A stretch of 64,000 nt of DNA from Octopus vulgaris (taxonomy: Eukaryota): the NCBI GenBank assembly GCA_951406725.2, contig OX597820.1:68386001-68450000 (forward strand), written 5' to 3'. Position numbers and translations under genes: made by a program. Shown piece after piece: positions 41,362-56,341 of this stretch (within the stretch, counting starts at the first letter, position 1; the number at the start of each line of letters is the position of its first letter). Below the pieces are notes generated by a model that worked only from the letters and a program-made list of their open reading frames with translations, did no database searches and was not told the origin of the DNA.

Positions 41362-41910
41362 CTAATAACTTCTCTTAATATTGTACCTCGAGACTCATAT
41401 ATTACAGTTAACATTCAATATGAGCAAGCCTCCCAAATCCTTCGTGAGGTTATTGACAAGAAAAAGTGAGGAGACTTTTAATCAGCGATAGAATTCAGGA
41501 TCTAAACTTAAACTGGGAATCTAAAAGCCATTGCCCACCAAGATCTGAAAGTATGTAGCTGTCTATTAGAAGTTTCTGAATTCCACTGAACGCTAGGACT
41601 TATTTTCAAAACTAAACGTATCTTCCCGAGTTCATCCAAAAATTTGGCTTATATTATTACACGCGAAAGTTGGCCAAATTGGCCGTTACATTTCGTAGAG
41701 AAATGAAGTGATGCTGCACCGAGACAGGAATACATTTGTAAAAAATGAACAAACAAAGCAACTTAATTAAGTACCAGTTACGCACTGGGTCGATGTAATC
41801 GACTGACCCCCTCCCCGCAAATTTCAGGCCTTGCGCCTAAAGTAGAAAAGAATATATATGTGCATACACACACACACGCGCACACACACACACACTCACA
41901 CACACATAAC

Positions 41911-41967
<57 letters not shown>

Positions 41968-42984
41968 TTATATATGTATGTATGCTTTTTTATCTATTTA
42001 TCTATTGTTAACAAATTTTGTTTTTATATATGAACCCCTTCGACTCCTATTTTACTTGGATAGATGCTTACAACCATTTGATGTTTGAAAGATCCTGTTA
42101 TGCTTTCATAATTAAATATTACTATGAATTGTATAAAACAATTGTTAAAGTATTGAGAAGATTTCATAAACAAAATTTGGAAGCCACGAATGCGTTGGGA
42201 TTTTACAGACATGAAATTAAGTTTGGAAATCAGTATAGCTGTGAAAACAACAGAGAAAGATAGGGTATTTACCCTTAGAAGATGGAAAAAAGTTGCCTGC
42301 AGGCGGCTACGAGGAATCGAATTTCGTACTCCTCAGATACCGACTCAGTTATCTAACCCTGAAGTTAAACAGCCCCTGTCAATAATTACCGTCGAGTCCA
42401 GATAGCCGCCTACTCATAACTAAATACTCAGTTTTTCTCACTGCTATTTTCAGTTACACTGCGTTTGAGATTTACTTTATACTCCTTAAAATAGTTAAAA
42501 TGATATAGAAAGAAAAACTAATTTACTGTACATAAAATTTCTTCGCCGGTCTAACGAACAAACAACACATATACATTGAGATTTTGTGTTCAATAATGTT
42601 TACAACACTCGCGCTGCTTCCAATTCATATCTGAATATATTCCTACATACGCTTCGTGCGGACACGCCAGCAGATGGTTTTTACACCATTTTAGATATAG
42701 TCGTAGACAGGCTATTCAATTTCGGTTCTAACACGTGATGTTAATAAGCCACAACTATGGCGAAACATCGATATCCATCGCTCCTGAATAGGACCTGGTG
42801 TGAGTTGAGTCTCGTCTGTCCATGACTAAAACTTTCACGTGTTATAAGAATCGGCGCTTTGAAATAATTATCTTCATTGCGTCGAATCGCAGCAGACCCG
42901 ACCGGCGAAAAGGCAAAACACATACATTGTGTATGTGTGTTCGATAGTGTTTACAACATTATCTAATTCATATTTGCACCTGTG

Positions 42985-43170
42985 TATCGTTGGCGATTTT
43001 CTTCTTCTGTCTTCCCTTCCTTTGGACTTTCCTCTATTTCTGAAAAAGAGCAAGGCTCGAAACGTTAAACCCTTTTTCCTTCCTTTCCTGAGCGTCTGGT
43101 AGTACAGTACTTGTACCACGTCCTCGCGTTCTTGTTTTTTTTTGTTTGTTCTTCTTTGTTTGGATTCACT
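42985..43170 (+). mobile_element. Short pLTR-like element with a hammerhead motif at 43037-43069
   Basis: ttt-CTGAAAA-agagc-aag-gctc-GAAACGTT-aaa; runs into (TA)n. Confidence 0.65.
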
Positions 43171-43257
43171 ATATATATGTATGTATATACATACATCCAT
43201 ACATGCATATATATATGTATATATATATATACATATACACACACACACACACATATA

Positions 43258-43349
<92 letters not shown>

Positions 43350-43589
43350 CAACCAGACGAAAACGGAGTCAATGCCCATCCGGTTATCCAAATGGCAGGA
43401 ATCGACGTAGATACATTTTCTTCGCTGCACACTGCCGAAGATGGGCCTTTGCGCTTGAAGGTATTTCAACTTTCATTTTTGCGTTGTTAGAAGCTCTTCT
43501 CATTTCCTCTTTCATGTCTTTCTTTCTTTCTTTCTTGTGAGATTGCTGCCATCAACGTTTCCTTTAAATGTTTATGACTGCAGGAAGCG

Positions 43590-43850
43590 TATGAACAGGG
43601 CAAGAATTTCAGGGACATGAGATAGCGAACAGGGCGAGTCTGCAGACGTTGGACATCAGAAAGGTGATAGGAGGAAAGCAGACGAGTATGCAGGGAACCC
43701 TTTAGTGGACGTGGAATAAATCTATGCAGGTTCATGGGGTAAAAGCTTTTATTGTAGCGGTAGAAAAAGCAAAACAATGAGTTAACACAACTGTGGGCCA
43801 GAAGCCGCAGCATTACTCTGAATGACTTTATACCCATGGTGGATTCATAA
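43590..43850 (-). pseudogene. Decayed C-terminal end of a CR1/L2-like LINE ORF2
   Basis: LRLLAHSCVNSLFCFFYRYN...IPRPL...TR resembles the L.HRR....L..FYRY post-RT motif. Confidence 0.5.
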
Positions 43851-44195
43851 CTATCGACTTATTTTACGTTTAAGTGTATCTGAACTCAAAACATATACTT
43901 ACATATATATGTGTTCTAAAATATTTATAATTACTCGCTCTAAGATACGAATAAAATACGCCTACGTACACTCATGCTTTGCAGGCACAAACTTGTATGT
44001 GTTGTGCGTATGTATGTAAAAGAGGGGACGAGTTGACAGAGGCACGAATATAATATATTGATATAATATATTGGTATATCTTCAGGTGCTTCAAGATTTT
44101 TAATTGATATTATAATACCTGTGAAGTGACTTGATATCAAGCTGAATATCTTCAACGAAGTAGCATCTTTGGGCAATGTATTCAATTAATGAGTA

Positions 44196-44246
<51 letters not shown>

Positions 44247-44324
44247 TGTACCTATACGTGTGTGTAGATCTATATATATTCTTACACACACACATATAGA
44301 CCGACGTAGATGGAAATGTGCATA

Positions 44325-44382
<58 letters not shown>

Positions 44383-44994
44383 TTTATATACATACATACA
44401 TATATATATCTATATATATATATATATATACGTATATATGTCTGTGTGTATATATTTGTATATATGTATGTATCTATGTATGTATTTTCTGCACAAACTT
44501 CTCCTCACACAAGCACATACACACTCATATACACACACTCACATACACACACTCACACACACGCACACACACATATATATGAGTGTATGTGTGTGAGTAT
44601 GGTGAGGGGGTGTAATCTTGAAATGATTCAGAAATTAACAAAGGAAATGCCAGCACCTAACTTATCATCCGTACCCTCACTTTAAATATTACTTCTTGGA
44701 TAATTTGAGAATATTTTAAGTGTTTCCAAGTGTTTAGATATAAAAAGCACAACAAATTTTAAATAAGAAAAATTAATTACTCATTCAGTTTGCAAGTGTA
44801 TTCATTCAACATATACACACTCACGCCACATACTCCCTCACATCTCTCCCCCTTCGTTTCTTTCTCTTCTCTCTCTTTATATGTACATATGTGTATATAT
44901 GTATACTTGTATATATGTGTATATATGCGTATTCATATATGCTTATATGTATATATATATATATGTATGTATGCATATATATATTTATGTATGC

Positions 44995-45061
<67 letters not shown>

Positions 45062-45082
45062 CATATATATATTTATGTATGC

Positions 45083-45154
<72 letters not shown>

Positions 45155-45962
45155 CCATGCATACATTCATATATATGTGTGTGTGTGTTTGTGCGTCTGT
45201 GTATGTATGCATAAAACGTGCCGTTACGTATTTAGAAGATGAAATTATAATGATTAAATGCTAATTATTCTCGTTTATCTCATAACTCATGGTTCAAATT
45301 ACACACACACGCACTCACACACATTCACACGAATAAGAAATGAATTGTTTTACTATTTTAAATTATATTAATTTAAACATGTACGTAATGCAATTACGGA
45401 CTGTATATTAGTCAAAAGAATTTACGTTTTGCAGTTTAAGAGTATTTGGGAAATTAATTTAATGTTAATAATTAATTTAGTGCTCAATTAAAGTTAACTA
45501 ATCACTTATATTTGCTTATATCTATCTTAAGTCTTCTTCCGAAAAAAACTTAGCTATTTACGAACTCAAGAGTTATAAGAACGAACCGCATCATAGATGC
45601 AAACGTAGATGCTCACCATCTGCAGCTTAAGATTTATTGAAATTGTCTTTGAAACTGTTGGCTATCTTGACCGTTCTCTGTCAAGGCACCCACAATAACA
45701 TCATAAGAGTATGGAGTGAAATAGAGACATTTATCCTTTGTCGAAAAAGAGCAGGTCAATTATTGCCGTAGATATTATAGAATGGCATTCCACGTGAATA
45801 TCCTGTAAAGGGTGTAGTTCCCAATAGAATTTGATTAAAGCAGGCTAATCTTATGCGACATCTTCACAGAGACCCTGAACAGTGTCTTTGGCTACCATCT
45901 TACCTCATGTGATTAAGGCATTAAAATTAATTGCCATGGTAGCATATCATATGGCAAATACA

Positions 45963-46859
45963 CAGGGTGTTTGGGCTCCATTTGACAACATTCATGTCTT
46001 CTGTTTTCAAGAAGAACATGATGTATTGGGGAACAGTCAACGGTGTTGGAGAACATAAAAATTAAGGTTGTAGTTGAGAAACACTTAGTTGGCATGGAGG
46101 ACTGAAAGCCATCGGAAGACTGGAAAAAAGTTAGCCAAATCATGATGATTCGTGCCGGGTATTAAAATGATGACATCATGACTGCCGCTCAATGTTCTTT
46201 GAATATCGAAAGGTTTATAGGACGTGATATGGACAGCTGCAAAGGAGACTACGAAGCAATGGTTAGCAGGAAAAGACACAGTAGGCGTTCTGACTACATC
46301 CGCACGTCTCAATTGATACCCAACCAAATGAACAGTGCCTTTGGCTTAATTTCGATAGTTATGTGAAGCTATTGGAGACTGTGGGCAATCCCTGACTGGA
46401 GAGGATTGCTGTTGCAAGGCTCTATGTATGATAGCAGGATTTGGTGCGCCGCCATAGCTCTGGAAAGAGGCAGAAGTGTTTGTCAGAAAATTTCTACGAC
46501 TTCACAAGCCCCAATTTATGACTTTCTAATCCTACCATCATTGTAATACCATGGCTTATTATGTTTGGGGCGCGGTTGAGAAAGACACCATCCGCTCTGC
46601 ATACAACACTAAGGCCGAGCTGGTGTCCAAGATCAAAGAATTGTTCCAAGATCTTCTTGACAGTGAGGAACGCATGCGCTAGGTACCAGAAAGAAGCAGC
46701 GGGCGGCTGTTTTGAGTAAACTGTTATCTCCCAGTCATAGTCTCGTTGATCATTTTTGATTTAAAAAAAAAACAAAATTCCTTTTTTTTTATTTGGAACG
46801 GATATTATGTTTCCGTTTCGTTTAATGGAAACTGTTAAAAATTTAACCCGAATACCCAG
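45963..46859 (+). mobile_element. Internally deleted, decayed maT/DD37D-type transposon with degenerate TIRs
   Basis: DSYVKLLETV..P*LERIA..R.YV**QD...H...K..LSENFYDFTSPNL...YYVWGAVEKDT; ends cagggtgtttggg / cccgaatacccag. Confidence 0.8.
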
Positions 46860-48174
46860 TTCAACCTCTCTTAATTTGATCCTTCAAGGGTTAATGCAAT
46901 TTGAAAACTGCTATTTTCCACTCGTTCAGCAATAGATAATCAGCTTTCAGGATGTGATGATGCAATGCATAATAGAAAAATCAGAAAAACCGATAATTTA
47001 TAAGTCAACATGTTGGAAAAGGAAGATAAATTCGTTCCACCTGTTCCCCAAACGGAGAGGTTAATGATGTATAGAATTTCCCATTACTACAAGAATATAT
47101 TTATAAGTGACCGAACAATTCCATGCTATCTAATCTCTTCATCGTTCTGTAATGAAAGAAGAATACTGTATTTTGTAATTGTCCATAGCAGAAAGTTATA
47201 ACACATTTATGTTAAGGCCTCTTTGCATAACATTAATAATTGGTTGAGTTTGGCTTACTATCACCTGGGGGTAACATATTAAATGAAAGTGTCTAATTAA
47301 ATTGCTATCCTTAAAATATGGAATTTGGATACAATTCAAAATTATCTATATATTGTTAATCGATTTTCGTCTGAGTCGCAATGAGAAATTTACCAGAAGT
47401 CATCTTCCATGATAATTAAAAACACCCATGAGAACATTTTTTAAGGCGCTGACATTATCATAGAAATCACATTTTAGTTATCTATATATTATTCATTTAC
47501 ATTGTTCTTACTTATGTAAAGTAATTTATCTAACATTGTGTAGTCGGTTATCAACGCGATTTCGACTTTACTGTGTAAATAGATTTACTCTCGTTCTAAA
47601 GACACTGATCAAGTATCCCATATTCTTACATATTTTAAACTTGTCCCATAAATCCTCCTCATTTTTAATACTATAGAATGCAAAACAAGGAATACTTTCT
47701 TGTTATTTCTAACTGTTCAAGAGGGTCCTGTGTTTGTTCTGGACAATGCCAGTATGGCAGAGAAAGTAAGTATTCTGAATTTTAAATGACTTTTCTGTTG
47801 TATTTACATTTCAAAACCTAATTGTTGCGATACAAGAATCATATTCATGGCCCATAAATAAGTATCAGCAATTCTCGGTCCTGAAGTCACTGTGCAAAAC
47901 CTATCCACTGATAGTTTTTTCTACTATTGGTAAAAACGCATGAAATTTTGTGGCAGGGTGCAAAACCAACCTCAGCAGGATTTTTATTTAGAACATATAG
48001 CCGGAAGACATACTGCAAAACAGTTTGTCCGGTGTGGTAGCGACCCTGCCAGTTCGTCGCCTTCTTTTTTCAATTAATAATGCGTCACTTGGACAAATTA
48101 GAATTCGCATTGTTTGTGCTGCAACAACCTGCAGTTCATATGCTTTCTCATCACATTCATATATCTATGAATAC

Positions 48175-48225
<51 letters not shown>

Positions 48226-48256
48226 AACTCATATACATATATGTGGGTCTACAAAT

Positions 48257-48317
<61 letters not shown>

Positions 48318-48323
48318 TGTATA

Positions 48324-48364
<41 letters not shown>

Positions 48365-48647
48365 TTATATATATCTATATGTATATGCATATATGTACGT
48401 ATATCTATATGTATATGCATATATGTATGTATGCATGTATGAAGTGATCATAGTTATCCCAGTACTTATTTTATAGATCCATATTCATCGAGTAGCCTAC
48501 GTTTTTCGCAGAGCCCCAATTTCGTAACCAGTGAAGTTTTGTCACATAAATACAAACAGGCATATGTATGTGTTTATGTATTGTATATGTGTCAGCGTGT
48601 CTGTTGAGTGTTGATCAAACAAACCTATAAGTAAATTTTTCCTACCA

Positions 48648-49081
48648 TAGGCTTAGGAGTGGATGTGTGGTAAGTATAGATCAAGAGCCACTGTGTGGTA
48701 AATAGCTTGCTTACCAACCACATGGCTCTGGGTTCAGTCCCACTGCATGGCACATTGGGCAAGTGTCTTCTACTATAGCCTCGGGTCGATCAAAGCCTTG
48801 TGAGTGGATTTGGTAGACGGAAACTGAAAGAAACCCCTCGTATATATGTATATATATATCTTTATGTGTGTGTATATGTTTGTGTGTCTGTATTTGTCCC
48901 CCCAACATCGCTTGACAACCGATGCTGGTGTGTATACGTCCCCGTAACTTAGCGGTTCGGCAAAACACACCGATAGAATAAGTACTAGGCTTACAAAGAA
49001 TAAGTCCTGGGACGATTTGCTCGACTAATGGTGGTGCTCCAGCATGGTCACAGCCAAATGACTGAAACAAGTAAAAGAGTA
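48648..49081 (+). mobile_element. Full-length SINE family B
   Basis: Same head, body and tail as 18772-19284. Further copies near 38268, 38498, 51713, 54428, 59045, 59275 and 62815. Confidence 0.9.
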
Positions 49082-49598
49082 ACAATTTCGTCTTTTTAGG
49101 AGTTTCCAAGAACTGCATTATTACAAGCACCTTTTATTTAAAGGCGATACTACCAAAATTGTAGAAAATCTGGCCGTTATTTCTAGTAAATAAGATAACT
49201 ATATTGAATAATTTTAAGTAAAGCAGATTTAATAGGCTCCATTGCTTATTCCCTCTGCTCACAAATATAAATACAGACACAGACAGACAGTCAGACAAAG
49301 AGAACGAATGTAAAAAGAATATTTGATGCAATGTAATCTATAATATAGATAGACATAATCGAATAAAATAGCATTTAATTCAACTGTGTGCTGCGTTAAA
49401 CTCACTGTTAATAATATGAAAATATCAAATTTTATAATGAAAACGAATATGAAAAAATAAGTACAGAAAATAAACATTTCTTTGGAAGAAAATAAATGAT
49501 ATTTAATATATGCATATACGCGCATGCATACGCGCAGCCGACTCTACATATACATAGATGTATACATAGGATATTTGGTATACTTATCTATCTGTCTG

Positions 49599-49651
<53 letters not shown>

Positions 49652-49804
49652 ATGTCTGTCTGTCTATCTATCTATCTATCTATCTATCTGTACACATATT
49701 TATATATATGGAGACATGCACACGTACACTTAGACTCACACATACACACAAACATATATACATACGTATATATACGTATATATATATATATATATATATA
49801 TGTT

Positions 49805-49845
<41 letters not shown>

Positions 49846-52384
49846 ATAAATTAGAAAAAAACACCTTTTATCAATTCAACAATGAAAAAATTTGATTATA
49901 CCGTATAGAAAAAAATTACATCCTATAGAAAAAATTAAATATAAGATAAAAACATATACCAATTATTAAGTAACGTACAAAATATTAAATAAAACGTATA
50001 TATTTGGTAAAATGACTACACGTGTTATATATGTATATGTATACATATGCGCACACATATAGGTATACACATAGATACAAACGCGAGCCTATATAGATAC
50101 ACACTATTAAATGCTGTCTATACTTTCAAAATTTAAATTTATATGTACAATTGAAATTGTGATTTATGTTGTGTGTGAAGATAGTTCAAATTAAGAGAAA
50201 AAGCATGTTTTGAATAATATTAATAACAATTAATAACGTTTAAGAAAGTAGGGAATAGAGAAAGAAAATGCCTAAGGGATTCTACACAGTGTTTGAATCT
50301 TTCTCGGAAATATTCTTATATGAAATCTCTAAATGTCTGCATCAAAAACTTTGTATAGAGTGAAATTCTTAGGTCAAATTACAGGAACATTGAAATTAAC
50401 CTCCCATCACGATATATCTTGTTTAAGGCAATTTTACGGCCTGAAGTTAACGAAAGATCTTCATATATAATAGATTTTCCACTTGTCTTATGCAAGTTAT
50501 TATATCGCTATAACCAAGAAAAAATGGCGTTGAAATACGCTGCAGACTGAAACTACTTTCCTACAGCACTGTTTGATGGCTGTTCGGTTCAAAGCGATAC
50601 AGCAATTATCGTTGTTTCTCTGCTCTCTTAACGCTTCCTGTGCGCTGTCATTAGTTTTTCATAAGAAATCCTACTTTGTCCGATATCTGTCTCTGTTATT
50701 TTAATAGTGCACAGATCACAAGAGATGACGTCAAACTACCGTTGAAACCGTATCAATTTACGTAGCAGAATCCAAAACACTACTTTCATCCAATTTTTTT
50801 CCCATTAACTTTTCTATCGAAATTTAATTTGGGGATTCATCTTCTGATGAGAAGTAATACACGGCTCTTACAGAAAAAGGGGGTAATTTACTTAAATACG
50901 ATATTTGTTTTGGACCTCTCTTTCAATGCCACTAATGCAGTTGTGACCAAGGTGATGTTATGAAACATACGCTATACAAATGTGGATGTACAATCGGAAA
51001 ACGTTTAGAGGCACTTAAAATAATGCAGAGTTATTAGTACTGAACACACAGCAGTACACCTTCCTTGCTCTTATATCTTCGTGTATAATTATGTTTTCCA
51101 TACTCCATTGAAGAGGTTTTGTTAAAAGATTAATGTCTACTCTCATGTAATTTCAGATAACACCATGCTACTGTAAGAATATTTGTAAGAATATTTGTAT
51201 TCACATGACCCTATCTCCAAGGCATACGAAACAAACGAAACAAATCACTGGTTCAAACATGGTAGCCGATCAAAAATATCTTCCTGAATCCGTGCTACAT
51301 GGATATCTGCTATTGGAATGTCGATATGCTCTTCAATATCTAGCCTCGACAATTGTTAAAAGATTCCGTCGTGTGCATTCGGAGACTTCCAGAAATTCCA
51401 TCCACATAAAGAGAGGGAAGATATACATAGATATACTATATACTTGGTAAATTGGCGCTAGATAGTCGGCTGAGAGATAACAGTCCTTCAGACTTCTCAA
51501 TACAATTTATTTAAGCCACAGAGTCACTCAGCCTGTTGTGCATAAACACAAAAGCTCCTTTAAAACACACCCTATGCTATTTATGTATTAAAACAGGAGA
51601 AATTAAATAATATAATTAAAGATGCTTCCCAAACATCATAATGGTTAATATTGGATCGTTTTTATTCGCACGTGTATTCAGCCAGTGCTAATCTAGGGTT
51701 AACTTTAACTTTTATTTTGTACTTGTTTCGCTATTTGGACTGCAGCCATGCAGGGCATCACCATTAAGGGTTTATTCGAACAATTCATCTCCAGCACTTA
51801 TTTTCTTAAAATAAAGTTTGCTACTTATTCTATCGGTCTCTTTGAAAGAACTGCTAAGTTATGAGGTCGTAAAGAAATCAACACTGGTTGTCGTGCGGTG
51901 GTGGTGATACAAACACACAACCACGCACACACACACATATATATATACGTAAAATTTATTATCCAAAGTATACTTTGGGTATGTTTGTACCCAAAGTGCC
52001 TGCAGAGCACGTTCATCTCTAATGGCTACCTGGTGTCATCAACCGTAAATGCACATTCTTCGGTATACATTGAGTATATTCTGAATAACTGATATTTAGA
52101 ACACACACACACACACACGCACACACACACACACAAACATACACACACGCACATATACATATACATATATGCGTCGAACTTATGACCGTGAGGTTGAGAG
52201 TTCGAATCCCGGACCAGGCTGCGTGTTGTGTTCTTGAGTAAGACGCTTTATTTCCCGTTGCCCCAGTTCACTCAGTTCACTGGGCCTCAGAGGGTAAGGT
52301 TCTTGGTGCAATCCCATGGTCATTCGTGACCGAAGTGGGTGTCCGATATATATATATATGTATGCATGTATATATATGTATATA

Positions 52385-52546
<162 letters not shown>

Positions 52547-52547
52547 T

Positions 52548-52852
52548 GTGGAGGCTCAATGGCCCAGTGGTTAGGGCAGCGGACTCACGGTCGGAGGATC
52601 GCGGTTTCGATTCCCAGACCGGGCGTTGTGTGTGTTTATTGAGCGAAAACGCCTAAAGCTCCACTAGGCTCCGGCAGGAGGTGGTGGCGACCCTTGTTAT
52701 ACTCTTTCGCTCCAACTTTCTCTCACTCTTCCTGTTTCTTGGGTAACGTTGTGATGGACTGGTGTCCCGTCCAGCTGGGGGGAACACATACGCCTCAGAA
52801 GCCAGGAAACTGGACCCATGAGCCTGGTTAGGCTTGAAAAGGGTGCATAAAA
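52548..52852 (+). mobile_element. Full-length SINE family C carrying the family-D-type 3' module
   Basis: Family C head; 3' gatggactggtgtcccgtccagctgggggg...aacacatacgcc matches 1888-1928. Confidence 0.88.
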
Positions 52853-53290
52853 AATATATAAATGCTTGAGAAAAAGATTATAATTACTCTGGAAAATAGT
52901 TCAGATATATTTTGGTTATAAGGCTTGTAGTCTTAGTAATTTTATTGCCATTGTTGTTGTCGTTTAACAATGATGATGATGCGAACAGTAGCGATGACGG
53001 AGGTGATACTTGTGGCTGTGGTGGTGGTATTGGCTGGGATGGTGGGGGAAATGGGGAAATGGCTGTCGTCGTTGCCGTGACTGTAGCGCCGCTTATTGCA
53101 ATAATCTTATTATGCTTTCTAATTCTGTTGATGCTATTAAACGTAATTATGCATCTCAATTCTCAGAGAGTCTGGAAATACATTTCTCCAGAATTATTTT
53201 TCCAAAACTCTCTCCCTCTTTTCTCTTTCTCTTTCTTTCTTTCTTTCTTTCTTTCTTTCATTCTTTCTTTCTCTCATATATATATATATA

Positions 53291-53383
<93 letters not shown>

Positions 53384-54291
53384 ATGTACATATATATGTG
53401 CATATATATGTATATGTGTGTGTATATGTATTTATACCTCAGTCTCTCGCTTTAAGAATTTGATTACGATAACTATAAACAACAAAAGTAAAAGAATAAA
53501 AATGGGAATTTCTAAAGATAAATTGGATCTTATTTATATTAATTCAAGTAGTTAAAACAAATCAATATTCATTTGGTTATATCTGAAAGCAATCAAGTTC
53601 AGATGCTGTCCAGCCTGAGGCTATGGCTCAACTTTTCGCCGATCGATAATCTTCGGTAACATATCTGTCAATCAATTCGATTCTTCGAACATTTCTCTTC
53701 GTTGTGAATGATATGTTTATATGTGTAACGAAAGTAAAATAAGGAAATCTGTACGACGATTAAAAATATTCTGAAGTAGCAAATCGATTTTTGATTATCG
53801 TGGGAGAAAAAAAGAAACCATGAGTAGTGATAACATCGAATCGCGATAACTAAACGAGGATATGATTAAATTGAAATCATATCAAGTTAAGTTATCAAAT
53901 TGGGTTTGTATCAGGCTGAGATGATTTCGAATTAAGATAAAGTTACGTGAAAAAAAAAATAAATAAATGCAGGAAAATCTTCGATTCATACTATTATAGC
54001 GTCTGCAGTAAAAATGTTGGAATGTAAAGAAAACAAGTGATATCTGTAGTTCAGCAATATAAATTGTATGGTTTCTTTTTCTTGGGCATAAAATTGTAGT
54101 GTTTCAGCGAACCTGTTATGGTAAAATGAAGCATTACGCGTGAGACATAAAATTGAAATCTTGCAAACGCTTAGTTACACGCAGAAGGTTATTCGAAGGT
54201 TTCGTCCTTGTGTTATACGTCGGTAGTTTGTAAACAATGTACTTCACTTTATATAGAATTGGAAATGTACTCCTGTTATATACAACGGATA

Positions 54292-54369
54292 ATCCTTGCC
54301 TACAAATGATAGATGATATCCTTGCCTACGAATGATAGATGATATCCTTGCCTACAAATGATAGATGAT
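54292..54369. repeat. 26-bp minisatellite x3
   Basis: atccttgcctac(a/g)aatgatagatgat repeated three times. Confidence 0.9.
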
Positions 54370-55587
54370 ATATATCTCTCTCTCTCACACACACACATGC
54401 ACATGCGCGCGCTCACATATTCTTTTGTTCTTTTACTTGTTCCAGTCATTTGACGGCAGCCATGCTGGAGTACTGCCTTAAAGGGAGTTTACTGGAAGAA
54501 ATCGACTCCAGAACTTTGTGGGCCTAGTACTTCTTCTATCGATCTCTTTTTCCTAACTGCTATGTTACAGGGATGTCAACACACCAACATCAAGCGATGG
54601 TTGGGCCAAACATATACGACGGGCTTCTTTCAGTTTCCGTCTACAAAATTCACTCACAAGGCTATAGTAAAATACACTTGCCCAACGTAGCAGGCACACC
54701 TGCACCTGTGTATACATACACACGTGCGCGCGCGAACACACATACACACACGCCACACACGCACGCACATATAATATGAGTGTACATCGAAAGAGAAAAC
54801 TGGAAAATATTTGGTAAAATATTATTTATTCCCCATATAAGGGTTACGTAACTATACATATAGAAAAAAATCATGTAAGACACCTATTAGTAATTATTAT
54901 GCAAAAGTTGTTTGCCAGAATTTTACACTATTCTGCAATATTTACATTTCTTTTATAAAATATAACATTTTCAAATATATTTTAGCGTACTGGGATATGC
55001 ATAGAGTGAGGGAGTCATCTGTGAGACGTTGAAGGGGTTGTAGGTGAATGTTTTCGATGACGTTAGCCACAATCATCCAAAAAGAACGAAGAACCTTAGT
55101 GTCCGGAGTTCACAGTTGAAATACTTGTTTAACGAGTATTTCGTTATTTTGTTTGCTACATATTAAGTTTCATTGCTATAGTTTACTTCCACATCATCAG
55201 ATGTTTTTTGTCAAAGTAGGGAATATATTGAAAATTCTTAAATGGTCCTACAAGAATACATGCAAGCTAGAGATTGCTAGCAGCAGTCACGTGGGTGCTT
55301 TATCTACCTTTGCAACATCCTGTGTTCCACTGCGTGCTCGCCGTTGTAGAGATTTTGGCGTCTGTTGTTCCACATTCTCTATGGTGTGATATTTCAGAAA
55401 ATCATCTGAACAAATAATTATCTATACACTTCCATATCACACACACACACACATAAACACACATGCATACATACATACATACATACATACATACATACAT
55501 ACATACATACATACATACATGCATGCATACATACATACATACATACATACATACATACATACATACATACATACATACATACATACA

Positions 55588-56294
55588 TGCTATACTATTG
55601 TGGAAATTAGCTGCCCAACGGATGATAACTTAAATCTGAGAATCAGTGAAAAAGAGAACACCTTGCCCGGTAATCTGCAGTTACTCTATCCAGATTACAA
55701 TTTCAGGTTTATACCTGTAATTTTGGGGACCCTGGGATATGTAACACACTGCCTAAAAACAAATTTGAGAAATTAGGCTTCTCAAAACCAGAAAGAAGAA
55801 AGCTAACCCGAGACTACAGAGGCAATCCATCACTGGAACTGTGAAAACATGTAAAACTTTCCAGATGTGTATCATTTAAATATATATGAGCATGTCTATA
55901 TATGCAACTATATGCATGAGAATACATACATAAAACATACAAATCTGCACATACATACATACATACATACATACATACATACATACATACATACATACAT
56001 ACATACATACATACATACATGCTTGCATACATACATACATACACACACAGAAATACCCTGTTGTTGATCTTGAAATTTCAATGAAGGAGCCTTGGGTCTG
56101 GGTTAGAACCCGGTTCTTTCTCTATTGAAATAAACTGAATAATTACATATATACATATTTGCACATATACATAAATACATACATACATACAAAATACCCT
56201 CTTGTTGTTGTTGAAATTCCAATGAAAGAGCCGTGGATCTGGATTTGAAACCGGCCAGAAATTGGCAATAAATCTTGAAACAAAACAGAATAAT

Positions 56295-56297
<3 letters not shown>
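55588..56297 (+). mobile_element. 5'-truncated RLE-type LINE (endonuclease C-terminus plus 3' region) in (CATA)n
   Basis: IVEISCP.D.NL...EKEN...LQLLYPDYNFRFIPVILGTLG, frameshifted to ITGTVKTCKTF; followed by (CATA)n and a duplicated segment of about 100 bp. Confidence 0.78.

Positions 56298-56341
<44 letters not shown>

Noticed and set aside
52912-53463. Gly/Asp-rich ORF with hydrophobic segments
   Set aside because: Built from degenerate GTT/GAT/GGT triplets and runs into (TA)n; no domain evidence.
54292-54369. 26-bp repeats as a CRISPR array
   Set aside because: Directly abutting units with no spacers, eukaryotic context, no cas genes.
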